Source of the DNA: Macrostomum lignano
Taxonomy: Eukaryota
Length of the DNA stretch: 64,000 bases
NCBI GenBank assembly: GCA_002269645.1
Contig: NIVC01001637.1
Coordinates: 1-64,000 of the forward strand
Reading direction: 5' to 3'
Of the stretch, positions 35,113-46,300 are shown piece by piece. Made by a program: the position numbers and the translations under genes. Position 1 is the first letter of the stretch. Every line of letters begins with the position of its first letter. The notes beneath the pieces were generated by a model. That model saw nothing but the letters and a program-made list of their open reading frames with translations, did no database searches and was not told where the DNA came from.

Positions 35113-37590
35113 TTAAAGTCAATCGTATCAGTTAGTACCATATTATGTAATCAATAAAGTTTTATGCTTGAAAAGTGTTTTAGCAAAAGTAAGGAAAAGG
35201 ATTTCAAATTAAAATATTTATGATAATTGTTTCTGATATAGTGTGTTGTCCTATCTGTTTCGCAGAATCTCATGATACTGTACCAGAATTGATGTGTCAC
35301 TTTTTCATATCTTAACAACATGTTTAGCATCAGTTCCTGAATTTTATTTCAATCTGGACGTCCATGTCATTTTTTTCTTTATTGGTTTCATAGCTTTAAT
35401 TCTTAACTTATTTATAACAATAATTAGGCTATCATTTGTTTTACATTTTTCGCATTATCTATGAGCAAGTTTGTTCTTCAATATCAACAGTGAGTCTGTC
35501 TTCCTTATTTAAAAGTTGCTGTTTGTGTTTGTGTGTTTTCATCGACATTTGTGCGTAATTCTGCTTTTTTTCCTGTCTTCTGGCTGTGTGTTGTGCGTCG
35601 ATTATTGTTAGACCAACACTATCTGCGCCCATTTTTGCCGGTTGAATAAAGCTAAAGTGAAGCTATAATCAAAACAAACGAAAAAATTATCAAATCAAAA
35701 AATTAGAAAACGTATTTGTTTTGCTTTTATAATGCATTTTTGTCTAACTGTGTTAGTTGAATTGTTTTATTGTTATAATTATTAAAATTTAAAACAAATT
35801 GTTTCTGTTATTGCTTTACGTCAAACTTAACCCCTATCTGGTGCGTGTTGTTCTCATTTGTTTTAATTTTTCAATACTTTTCTGTTTTTGCTAGAGCAGA
35901 AATCAACCTGGTTGATGAAGTTGTTCCTATTCCATTTTGTTTGGTGTCCAATTGTTTTGCTTCCTCTTTTGATTTATTATATTGAAATCTATGCAAATAT
36001 ATTATTTATGAAATTTGCTTTCTGCGCAAGCACCCATTAAGTTATCCTTTTTTTTGACAATAGCCTACGTGTGTCCAAATTTACCATATCAACATCTTTG
36101 AGTAAACAAACAAGTTCTTTACTTTAATTAAAGTTAGTTGCCTATGACGTATCAGTGTAATCTGTTTGTCCGTCTGCAGCAACACAAAGACATCAATGGG
36201 CATTCATAATAAATTGATGAATATTGACTGGAATGCTTTTATGGGCCATTTTTTCGAGGTCTTTTACGCCTTTTTTCTGAGAGTAAAGAGTGTAGCTTTG
36301 CAAGTAGGTATATGATTTAGCTTTCACATTATATTATAACACTTTATAATCCCCTATCCCGGTCTGTGTGTGTGCTCAAGTCCCAGCTGTGGGGCATTGT
36401 ATCGATCTCAAACAGCTCTCCAACTTAACTCTATCCACGCTACCAAACGAACGCTCTGTAGCTAGGACTACTAAGTAAAAAAATAAGTAAAATACTGTTA
36501 AACTATTTTTGAAACTTTCAAATCGTTCTTTTTGGTAAAGGCCGGTGAATCTGTTAGGTTATAGTGAAAATAAGGGTTCCTCAATATTTCACGCTCTTTT
36601 TCTCCTTTTTATTTTCTGCAATAAAAGGAGATTAATTGTAAGCGACCCTTTTGCTAAAAAATAATGCTTTGTACCAAATTAGAACCTAGAAAAAAGAATT
36701 GAGTTACAATAGTACGCTTCTTCCAATAGGGCGTCTGCTTTGTGATCGGGTTGATCGGGTAAGATATTGTGCATCGCAGGAAACTTATTTCCTAGTGGAG
36801 CCATATAGTTTAAGTGTTTATGGCCAAAACCAACAAAACTCTGAATTCTTGCCGCAATGTACATATCTTGTATGCAAATAATGACTTTTGTCTATGGCCC
36901 AAATTCTAAACCAGGCTACACAATGTTTAGGCACAGAATCGTAAAGAACACGACGTAATCTCCTTGTCAAAGCGGCTTTAAACTTCTTTGAAAACTTTCA
37001 AAGTCTTCTTTAATCTTCTTTTATTTTTGAAGTTAAGACTAAGAGTAAGAGGCCCTTTAGAAAATTAGAGTCCTAGACCAAGGTTCCTTCAATAATGATT
37101 ACACAGTTTATCTTTATACATTTTAACGTCCTATTTGGTTTTTTATTCATTCAAATTGGTGCCCTGGCCTTTAGCAGTCTGGAACGTGGTTGCGTCTCAG
37201 GGGTTTTAAACAAATTAACAACAGAAAGCTAAAGGCATGGCTGAAGTAAAGAATGGCTCAGAGAAGACAATGCGATAAAATCAATCTGGTGGACAGAGAG
37301 AGAGAGAGGAGGACAGTGAATGCATGCGTGACTGATGGTTTTCGAGTTTAATGTTCGTGAAATTAACCAAATAGATAGAAAAAAGGTGTGATAACCTACG
37401 GTTAGATGTTTAGATGGTTAAGTAGGTTAAAGTTTTACGCTTTTAGTCACTGAAATTGTCAAAAGCGAAATTTCAGAATCAATATTGCACGTTTTAATTG
37501 GTCTCTAGGTACAATACAATCGAAGCATTTAGGTTACAATGAAGCAAACATGCCAATCAATCAATAATCAATTCGACCGCTGATTTGCAG

Positions 37591-38049
37591 GTTGGCCGAT
37601 CTATAATCGAGATTATCTTACTAGGCAGCCGGGTTGTCGGCCGCGCCTTCGCTGCCGCCCTGCGCGAAGAGTACGCCGCGTCGCAGCAGGCCGCTAAGAA
37701 CCGACAGCAGAGCAGCTCCGGCAGCGGTGCCTCAGACTCAGATCAGTCGGGCACCGCTAGCGCAATATCCGGCCTGTCTCTGAAAGAGGCGATGCAAATT
37801 CTGCACGTGGAAAATCTGGAAGATAAAAGTCGAATCCAGCATCAATACGATCATCTGTTTGGGGTGAACGACAGAAAGAAAGGCGGCTCATTCTACCTGC
37901 AAGCGAAGGTGTTTCGCGCTAAAGAACGAATCGATCAGGAAATTGGGCAACAGACTGTGGATCCTAGTATGAGCTCTGGGAAGCAGAGTGGCGAGTCAAC
38001 TAGTTCCACTTCTACTGAGTCTGCTGCTCACAAGAAAGCGTCTGATTAG
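37591..38049 (+). CDS. PAM16: Mitochondrial import motor subunit PAM16/Tim16 (Magmas); main coding exon, start ATG probably on an upstream mini-exon
   Basis: After acceptor ATTTGCAG|: VGRSIIEIILLGSRVVGRAFAAALREEY...GLSLKEAMQILHV...YDHLFGVNDRKKGGSFYLQAKVFRAKERIDQE. Confidence 0.93.
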   Translation, partial: VGRSIIEIILLGSRVVGRAFAAALREEYAASQQAAKNRQQSSSGSGASDSDQSGTASAISGLSLKEAMQILHVENLEDKSRIQHQYDHLFGVNDRKKGGSFYLQAKVFRAKERIDQEIGQQTVDPSMSSGKQSGESTSSTSTESAAHKKASD

Positions 38050-39097
38050 AAATCGAGTTATAACTTCGATTGTAGCCTTCATTTAATCATTCATTCTAAT
38101 AAAAGTGTTTTCTATCTTTAAGCGGCGGAACTTTTAGAAGAAGCAAAATAATCTGCAGTTATTGTTTTGTATTTTGAGTTGAATTGTGAAGTTTAAAAAA
38201 AAACACAGACAAAAATATCGCTGCATTTTCCACCAAAAAGTGTTTAAAGTTGACTGAATTCTTTTTTTTAATCTTTAGTGAAATTAGTAAGGAAAAGTAG
38301 CTTTACATGTGTATTTGTTCAGGCCCCTTGTTCCAATGTCTATCAGTTAGGTTGGCAAATATCTCTGCTTTTCAGCTCAGTGCATGCTCAAATACAGAGA
38401 AGTGTAAAGTAGCGAACCTTTATATAAATCAATCGCACAGCACAAGATCTGGCGAGTCATACTTTTCTCCTCATTGACTTTGAAAAAAAAATCGAACTAA
38501 CTCTGTCTAGTTTTAGATTGTGTGTGGTGTGGTCTCTCTCTTCACTCTTTCCAAGTCTGTCCGTCAGTTTAAAGCATTTTATTTTGCTGAATCATTCTAT
38601 TGTGCAATGCGCGTACAGTTTAACGTTCAGTTCTATCCAGCTTAAATAGCGACATGTGTTTAGTACGCTTGTGTGCAGTGCTTAGGAGTTTTAGTTTTAT
38701 TTTACGAGCTTAGCTACAGAAATAAAGTTGGGGTGGATGAAATTGTATTGTTATACTACCACTTGTAGTTTCTTATATTAATACTGAATTTAGTCAGCGA
38801 CCTCTGCAATATGCTACTATCAATAGAATATAATGTAATATGGATTGCCATACATTCTATGGTAATCTAGCGCAAAGGTTCCTGATTTAGTGTTTTGGAT
38901 ATTCTATAGTTAAAGCTAGAATGTGTTGAATATCAAAAAATTTGTGTGCCTTCATTTATAACTCGTCAACCTACTCAAAGTAGAACATTGAAAACTTTCT
39001 CAAAAAAATTAACCGTCTTTAAAATTTTCTTTGCAGCAAATAAAGGCTTTCAATCAAATTTCGTTGCAATCCTACAGTCGCAGCTTATTCACAAAGA

Positions 39098-41263
39098 ATG
39101 CCAGTTGTTCAAATAGAAAAGGCCGCCCTATGCCAATGCTTGAATAGGAAAGATTTCACCGATGAAGAGGTTGACGAATTGTGTTTTGAGTTCGGCTTGG
39201 AGCTCGATGAGGTCACGTCCGAACGCGAGATGCTGGCCAAAGAGCAGGGCGACGCCAAGGCTGCTCAGATGGGCGACCAGCTCTCCGATGCTGTCATCTA
39301 CAAAATCGAAGTTCCAGCTAATCGATACGATCTGCTCTGCGTTGAAGGTCTCAGCCGAGCTCTGATGGTGTTCCAGAGCTTGGCTCAGCCTCCGCTGTAC
39401 AAAGCCGTTCAACCAGCAGCCGGTATGCAACAGATGCGAGTAGCTCCGAGCACTGCTCAAATCCGACCATACGTTGTGTGCGCAATGCTTAGAAACTTGA
39501 GCTTCACTCCTGCCAGCTATAAATCCTTCATTGACCTGCAGGACAAACTGCATCAGACTATCTGTCGGCAGAGATCTTTAGTAGCTATCGGAACGCACGA
39601 CTTTGACACTCTGACTGGTCCATTCTTGTACGAAGCTTTGCCTCCTAGCGATATTGTGTTCAAGCCATTGAACCAGACTAAAGAGTTTAGCGCTGTAGAA
39701 CTTATGCAACTGTATTCCGGCGAGAGTCACCTGAAAGCTTACCTGCCAATCATTCGCGACAGTCCGGTGTATCCGGTGATTAAAGATGCCAACGGTGTGG
39801 TGCTGAGTATGCCGCCAATTATCAATGGCGATCATTCTAGGATCACTCTGAACACAAAGAATGTTTTCATTGAAGCTACGGCTACTGACGCGCACAAAGC
39901 ATCTGTAGTATTAGACACTCTTGTGTGCGCTTTCTCGCAGTACTGCTCCGAGCAGTTCACCGTCGAGGCTGTCCAGGTGAACTATCCAGACGGTCGCGCT
40001 TCAATTTACCCGTCTCTTGCCTATCGTCAGGTAGACATCCAGGTTGATTACCTGCGCAAAGGTGTTGGCCGATCCGATTCTCAACTGACTATCGATGAGA
40101 TCTGCCATCGTCTAACTAGAATGTGCCTAGTTGCCAAGGCAACTAGCGATGCTACCGTTAGCGTGACCGTTCCTCCAACTCGACACGACGTTCTTCATCC
40201 GTGCGACGTACTGGAAGATCTGGCCATAGCTATTGGCTACAATAACTTAGAGATGAGTTTGCCACCAACTCTGTGCACGGGAAAGCAGCAACCATTGAAC
40301 TCATTGACTGACAAACTGCGTCTTGAGGTGGCTTTTGCCGGATTTACCGAGTGCCTGACTTTTGCCCTGTGCTCAGAGAAAGACATATCCGAACGGTTGC
40401 GCCTCCCATTGGACAGCCTGCCAGCTGTGCGCATCGCCAATCCAAAGACGCTGGAGTTTCAAGTTGCCAGAACCAGCTTGCTGCCAGGGATTCTAAAAAC
40501 CGTGCACTCGAATCGTTCTTTGCCGTTGCCTTTGAAGCTGTTCGAGATACAGGATGTTGTGTACAAGGTGGGGCCGCTTTGAAGTATTTGTTGCATGATG
40601 ATATTAGCATCGACTACCTTTTTGAAACGTTTATAAAAACCTAAGTTAAAGTCGGTAGTGCTGCTTTAAAGCATTGAAGATTAATGCTTAGAGCTTCGGA
40701 CTCACGACTGAAAGGTCAGGGGCTCGATTCCCGACCCACTCAGAACAATTCGTGGTGTCTTTGAGTAAGACAGTCAGTTCACCTAGCTGTAAATTAGTTT
40801 ACCAGCATTAGCTGGGTGTGTGTGGTGCAATAGCTGCGGCTGAGCTGTCGGTTGCACATCTGCTCATTAGGGCAGGTGTAATCATAAATTAAAAGTTATT
40901 TTCTCTCTACCCCTCAAAACACCCTTCAAACGTTTGACTTCACACAATCCGCAGTCATCTGACAGCAGCGGCTCCGCCGTCAACTCCCGTCAGCTGGCCG
41001 CAGTTTACTACGGCAAATCGTCCGGATTCGAACTGATTCACGGTCTAATGGATCGAATTATGCAAGTCCTTGGCGTGCCAGTTGATCAATACAAATTGTC
41101 AGCTACTGAGCTTGCCACTTATTTCACTGGCAGATGCGCCAATGTGCTGTACAAAGGCTCACCTGTTGGTACCATTGGAGTGCTGCATCCGGAGACCCTG
41201 GCCCAGTTCGATCTGACTCTGCCAGCTTCTGCTTTTGTTTTTGACGTTGAAAAGTTTCTGTAG
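39098..41263 (+). CDS. FARSB: Phenylalanine--tRNA ligase beta subunit, 592 aa, 2 exons
   Basis: Exons 39098-40567 and 40955-41263 (phase 0). Motifs: MPVV...FEFGLELDEVTSE, YKIEVPANRYDLLCVEGL, FIDLQDKLHQTICRQRSLVAIGTHD, VLSMPPIINGDHS, HPCDVLEDLAIAIGYNN, NPKTLEFQVARTSLLPG, GFELIHGLMDRIMQ, GVLHP. Confidence 0.97.
40686..40885 (+). mobile_element. tRNA-derived CORE-like SINE, copy 3 (internally deleted), FARSB intron
   Basis: GGCTCGATTC box B, CAGTTCACCTAGCTGTAAA core; tail GCAATAGCTGCGGCTGAGCTGTCGGTTGCACATCTG shared with copy 4. Confidence 0.8.
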
Positions 41264-41446
41264 AGCCCTTTAGTGCGCTTTTCGTGTTTTTGCCTCTAAG
41301 AGGGTTATTTCGCGCAAAGGGTGTTATATGTGACTAATCGCAATGAAGTTAGTTTCAATTGATTATTCTATTGATAATGAAAGTTGTCAAATGTGATGAA
41401 CTTTTTGTGGTCGTTTGGTAATGTTTGACCAGTCTATGAGCGTTGT

Positions 41447-41878
41447 TATAGGTCATTTGGGTAATCTTATGGCTAATATAATGAGCGATTTTATAAGTCA
41501 TTTGGATAATATATGACTGAATAATATAATGAGTGATTTTATAGGTCATTTTGGGTAATCTGTGACTGGCTAATATAATGAGTGATTTTATAGGTCATTT
41601 GGGTAATCTATGGCTAATATAATGAGCGATTTTATAGGTAATTCAGCCAATCTATGACTGACTAATATAATGAGCGATTTTATTGGTCATCCAGGGAATC
41701 TATGAATGGCTAATATAATGAGCGATTTTATAGGTCATTCAAGTAATTTATGACTGGCTAATAATGAGCGATTTTATAGGTCATTCAAGTAATTTATGAC
41801 TGGCTAATATAATGAGCGATTTTATAGGTCATTCAAGTAATTTATGACTGGCTAATATAATGAGCGATTTTATAGGTC
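41447..41878 (+). repeat. ~48-bp minisatellite 3' of FARSB
   Basis: Unit TGGCTAATATAATGAGCGATTTTATAGGTCATTCAAGTAATTTATGAC, ~9 copies. Confidence 0.9.
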
Positions 41879-42444
41879 AATTGGGATTAGTTCTACGAGC
41901 GTATGTTAATTATTTAAAATTAAATGCCTTTTGTCCAGTTAAGCCCTTATAATATTATATGCTTATTTATCAGCAGCCTCTATTAAAAATCCTAATTAAA
42001 CGTCACTTCTTTAGAGTAAGCGCTTTTACAAAAAAATTTTGCTGCACCTGCTGTGTGTGTGTTTGCACTTTTCATGCAGTGCGGTTCCTTAATGCCTTTG
42101 TCAAAAAATGTAATTCACAAACACTTTTTTCTCTGAAATCTAAGATTATCTGTCTCCATCTGCTTCTGTGCTGTTGTGCACAAGTACTGTCCTGGATACT
42201 TCTCACTCTGTGTCTGCATTCTAGTATCAATATATTGGCATATTAACAGTAATTAAAATTAATTTATAGCGATATTCACTGCGACAGCTTTGAAAAATGG
42301 TAACCCGTTGCGCCTGACTATCTATTCGATTGCTTAAAAAGATAGTTTTTTGTTTTGTTTTTGGTTTAAAAGATGCTTGAATTTCTTATCTTAATTTCTT
42401 ATTTTGCGAATACTTGATTAGCATGAAAGTGTCTCAGTCAGAAC

Positions 42445-43138
42445 CTCAGATCCTTAGTTGCTGGGCCAGTCTTCCAGATCCCCAGTTGCTAGGCCAGCCT
42501 CCCAGATCCTCAGTTGCTAGACCAGCCTTCCAGATCCTCAGTTGCTGGGCCAGCCTCCCAGATCCTCAGCTGCTGGGCCAGCCTCCCAGATCCTCAGTTG
42601 CTGGGCCAGCCTCCCAGATCCTCAGTTGCTGGGCCAGCCTCCTAGATCCTCAGTTGCTGGGCCATCTTCTCAGATCCTCAGTTGCTGGGCCATCCTCCCA
42701 GATCCTCAGTGGCTGGGCCATCCTCCCAGATCCTCAGTTGCTAGGCCAGCCTCCCAGATCCCCAGTTGCTAGGCGAGCCTCCCAGATCCCCAGTTGCTGA
42801 GCCAGCCTCCCAGATCCTCAGTTGCTGGGCCAGCCTTCCAGATCCCCAGTTGCTAGGCCAGCCTCCCAGATCCCCAGTTGCTAGGCGAGCCTCCCAGATC
42901 CCCAGTTGCTGAGCCAGCCTCCCAGATCCTCAGTTGCTGGGCCAGCCTCCCAGATCCTCAGTTGCTGAGCCAGCCTCCCAGATCCTCAGACGCTGGACCA
43001 GTCTTCCAGATCTTCAGTTGCTAGGCCAGCCTCCCAGATCCCCAGTTGCTAGGCCAGCCTCCCAGATCCTCAGTTGCTGGGCCAGCCTCCCAGAACATCA
43101 GTTGTTTAGCCAGCCCCATCCTCTCAGATCCTCAGATT
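42445..43138 (+). repeat. 28-bp minisatellite immediately upstream of the EPG5 start codon
   Basis: Unit CTGGGCCAGCCTCCCAGATCCTCAGTTG, ~24 copies. Confidence 0.95.
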
Positions 43139-43305
43139 AATCCTTTACAGCAGTGACAATTAATTTAACGTAATTTTTTCTGACCTGTAGTTTACCGTCG
43201 CTTTGCTTGTCGTCAGGAAAAGCATTAAAAGAAGCATAAAGCTACAAGTGCATCGGGTGCTACTTACTAAACTTCTAAGTAGTAGTAGTATCATTCGCGC
43301 CCGTC

Positions 43306-46300
43306 ATGGCTGAGGCTGTTAGGCCTGCCAAAAGCAAGGTAATTTTAAAATTAAATCGGCTCTTTATTCGTTAATTTAATATTCGAGATAATATTTTCTA
43401 TCAAATAATTTCACTTCTTTTAGAAGCGCCACCAGAAGCAGCAACAGCCGCAGCAGCAAAAAGAGCCGCAAAAGCAACACCAATCATTGTCTGTAGACCA
43501 AGCGGACGATGTAACGGACATGCTGCCAGAAGCTGATGACATTGTGCAGCCACCGTTGGACTTGGCTAAGCTGGTGTCTCCTCAGCCATCCCATCTTCCA
43601 GAAGCAGAAGCAGCAGTAACAGCTTCTGATGATCCTGTTGTTGTTGCAGATTCTGAGCCTTCTGCAACTGAAGAGAGTCAGGAAGAACAAGCTCAAGGCG
43701 ATGCAGAGCAGAGTGAGCACCCGCCAGAAGACACTGCTCAGCAGGATCAGCAAGAATCGCATCAGAATCAGGAAATTCTGGCGCAAGCAGACCCAGAGCC
43801 TGAAGCAGTTCAGCGGCCACCAATTGTTGCTGAAGCTGAAGTGTCGCCTCCCCCAGCGGCGCCTGCGACAGTTGCTGAACCTGCTGCAGTCGCCAGTCCC
43901 CTGACTGAGGCGCAGTTGCAGTCGCTGTATCATAATCCACTGCTAAACCACTTGGACTATGAGGTGCAGCAGTATTTGAATGTGAGTGCAATTGAGATCC
44001 ATTGTGTGTGTGTTTGTGTTCCTTTTTGTGAATACTCCACATGTCAATTACTGTCAATTACTCTCAAAGATCATCAGGTGTTGAGCTGTCAATCATCCTT
44101 AAAGATTCCCAGTTGTTGAGCTGTCAATCATCCTCAAAGATTCCCAGGTGTTGAGCTGTCAATCATCCTTAAAGATTCCCAGTTGTTGAGCTGTCAATCA
44201 TCCTTAAAGATTCCCAGTTATTGAGCTGTCAATCATCCTCAAAGATTCCTAGGTGTTGAGCTGTCAATCATCCTCAAAGATCATCAGGTGTTGAGCTGTC
44301 AATCACTCTTAAAGATCATCAGGTGTTGAGCTGTCAATCATCCTTAACGATCCTCAGGTGTTGGGCTTTCAATCATCCTCAAAGATCCTCAGGTGTTGAG
44401 CTGTCAATCATCCTCAAAGATCCTCAGGTGTTGAGCTGTCAATCACTCTCAAAGATCCTCAGGTGTTAAGCTGTCAATCATCCTCAAAGATCCTCAGCTG
44501 TTGAGCTGTCAATCATCCTTAAAGATCCTCAGGTGTTTAGCTGTCAGTCATCCTTAAAGATTCCCAGGTGTTTAGCTGTCAGTCATCCTTAAAGATCCTC
44601 AGGTGTTGAGTTGTCAATCATCCTTAAAGATTCCCAGTTGTTGAGCTGTCAATCACCTTCAAAGATTCCCAGGTGTTCAGCTGTCTATCATCCTCAAAGA
44701 TTTCCAGGTGTTGAGTTGTCAATCATCCTCAAAGATTTCCAGGTGTTGAGTTGTCAATCATCCTCAAAGATTTCCAGGTGTTGAGCTGTCAATCATCCTC
44801 AAAGATTCCCAGGTGTTGAGCTGTCAATCATCCTCAAAGATCCTCAGCTGATGAGCTGTCAATCATCCTCAAAGATCCTCAGCTGTTGAGCTGTCAATCA
44901 TCCTCAACGATCATCAGGTGTTGAGGTGTCAATCATCCTCAACGATGATCAGGTGTTGAGCTGTCAATCATCCTCAACGATCATCAGGTGTTGAGGTGTC
45001 AATCATTCTTAAAAATTCTCAGATTCTAAATCGTCTTATCAGATTTCAATATCCCTATAATTAGTCCGCCAAACGCATCATTAATCTGTCTTACCTTCGG
45101 CAGGAAGCGGATACACAGGACTCGGAATTTCACGAGATGCTGAGCTCCTACTGCGTCGCCTGCAAGAAGCTGCGCCGATCCGAGGCCAACATTCGCCAAT
45201 TGGAGTCCGAGCTGCGCGAGCTGCAAGACTCAGTGTGGCAATTATCTACTCAAACTCAATCAGTTGAAGGCAAATGTCAGGACGGTGTTAAAGTGTCCAC
45301 TGAATTTCGCTATGATGTTGCCGAGTTCAAAGCCGAGGGGATGAAACGGCTTAGCGATAAGCTGGCTGCCGCTAGGCGGGAGTTGGAGAATGACGTACCG
45401 CTGCATGGATACGACACCCAGAAATGGCGACTGCTCATCCAGTGCCACCTGCACAAGCTGGTGTCAGGCCTTCCTATGCTTTCTGAGACTCCGCCGTCTG
45501 CGCCTCCTGTTGGTGAGAGTCCCTGTGATATTCTTTGACTGATTCCCAGGTGTTTTGGGATATTCTTTGACTAATCCTCAGGTGTTTTGGGATATTCTTT
45601 CACTGATCCCCAGGTTTTTTGGGATATTCTTTGACTGATCCCCAGGTGTTTTGGGATATTCTTTCACTGATCCTCAGGTGTTTTGGGATATTCTTTCACT
45701 GATCCTCAGGTGTTTTGGGATATTCTTTGACTGATCCTCAGGTGCTTTGGGATATTCTTTGACTGATCCCCAGGTGTTTTGGGATATTCTTTGACTGATC
45801 CCCAGGTGTTTTGGGATATTCTTTGACTGATCCCCAGGTGTTTTGGGATATTCTTTGACTGATCCCCAGGTGTTTTGGGATATTCTTTGACTGATCCCCA
45901 GGTGTTTTGGGATTTTCTGTGACTGATCCCCAGGTGTTTTGGGATATTCTTAGACTAATCCCCAGGTGTTTTGGGATATTCTTTGACTGATTCTCAGGTG
46001 TTTTGGGATATTCTTAGACTGATCCTCAGGTGTTTTGGGATATTCGATCTTTGACTGATTCTCAGGTGTTTTGGGATATTCTTAGACTGATCCCCAGGTG
46101 TTTTGGGATATTCTTTGACTGATTCTCAGGTGTTTTGGGATATTCTTAGACTGATCCCCAGGTGTTTTGGGATATTCTTTGACTGATCCTCGGGTGTTTT
46201 GGGATATTCTTTGACTGATCCCCAGGTGTTTTGGGATATTCTTAGACTGATCCCCAGGTGTTTTGAGATATTCTTTCTTTGACTGATCCCCAGGTGTTTT

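Noticed and set aside
35150-37400. Possible small genes between DNAJC25 and PAM16 (ORFs 36679-36864, 36699-36881)
   Set aside because: AT-rich, ~60 codons, no motif or convincing splice pattern; unsupported.
39128-40610. Antisense and alternate-frame ORFs over FARSB (similarly over DNAJC25 and EPG5 exons)
   Set aside because: Shadow ORFs of GC-richer coding sequence with no recognisable motifs.
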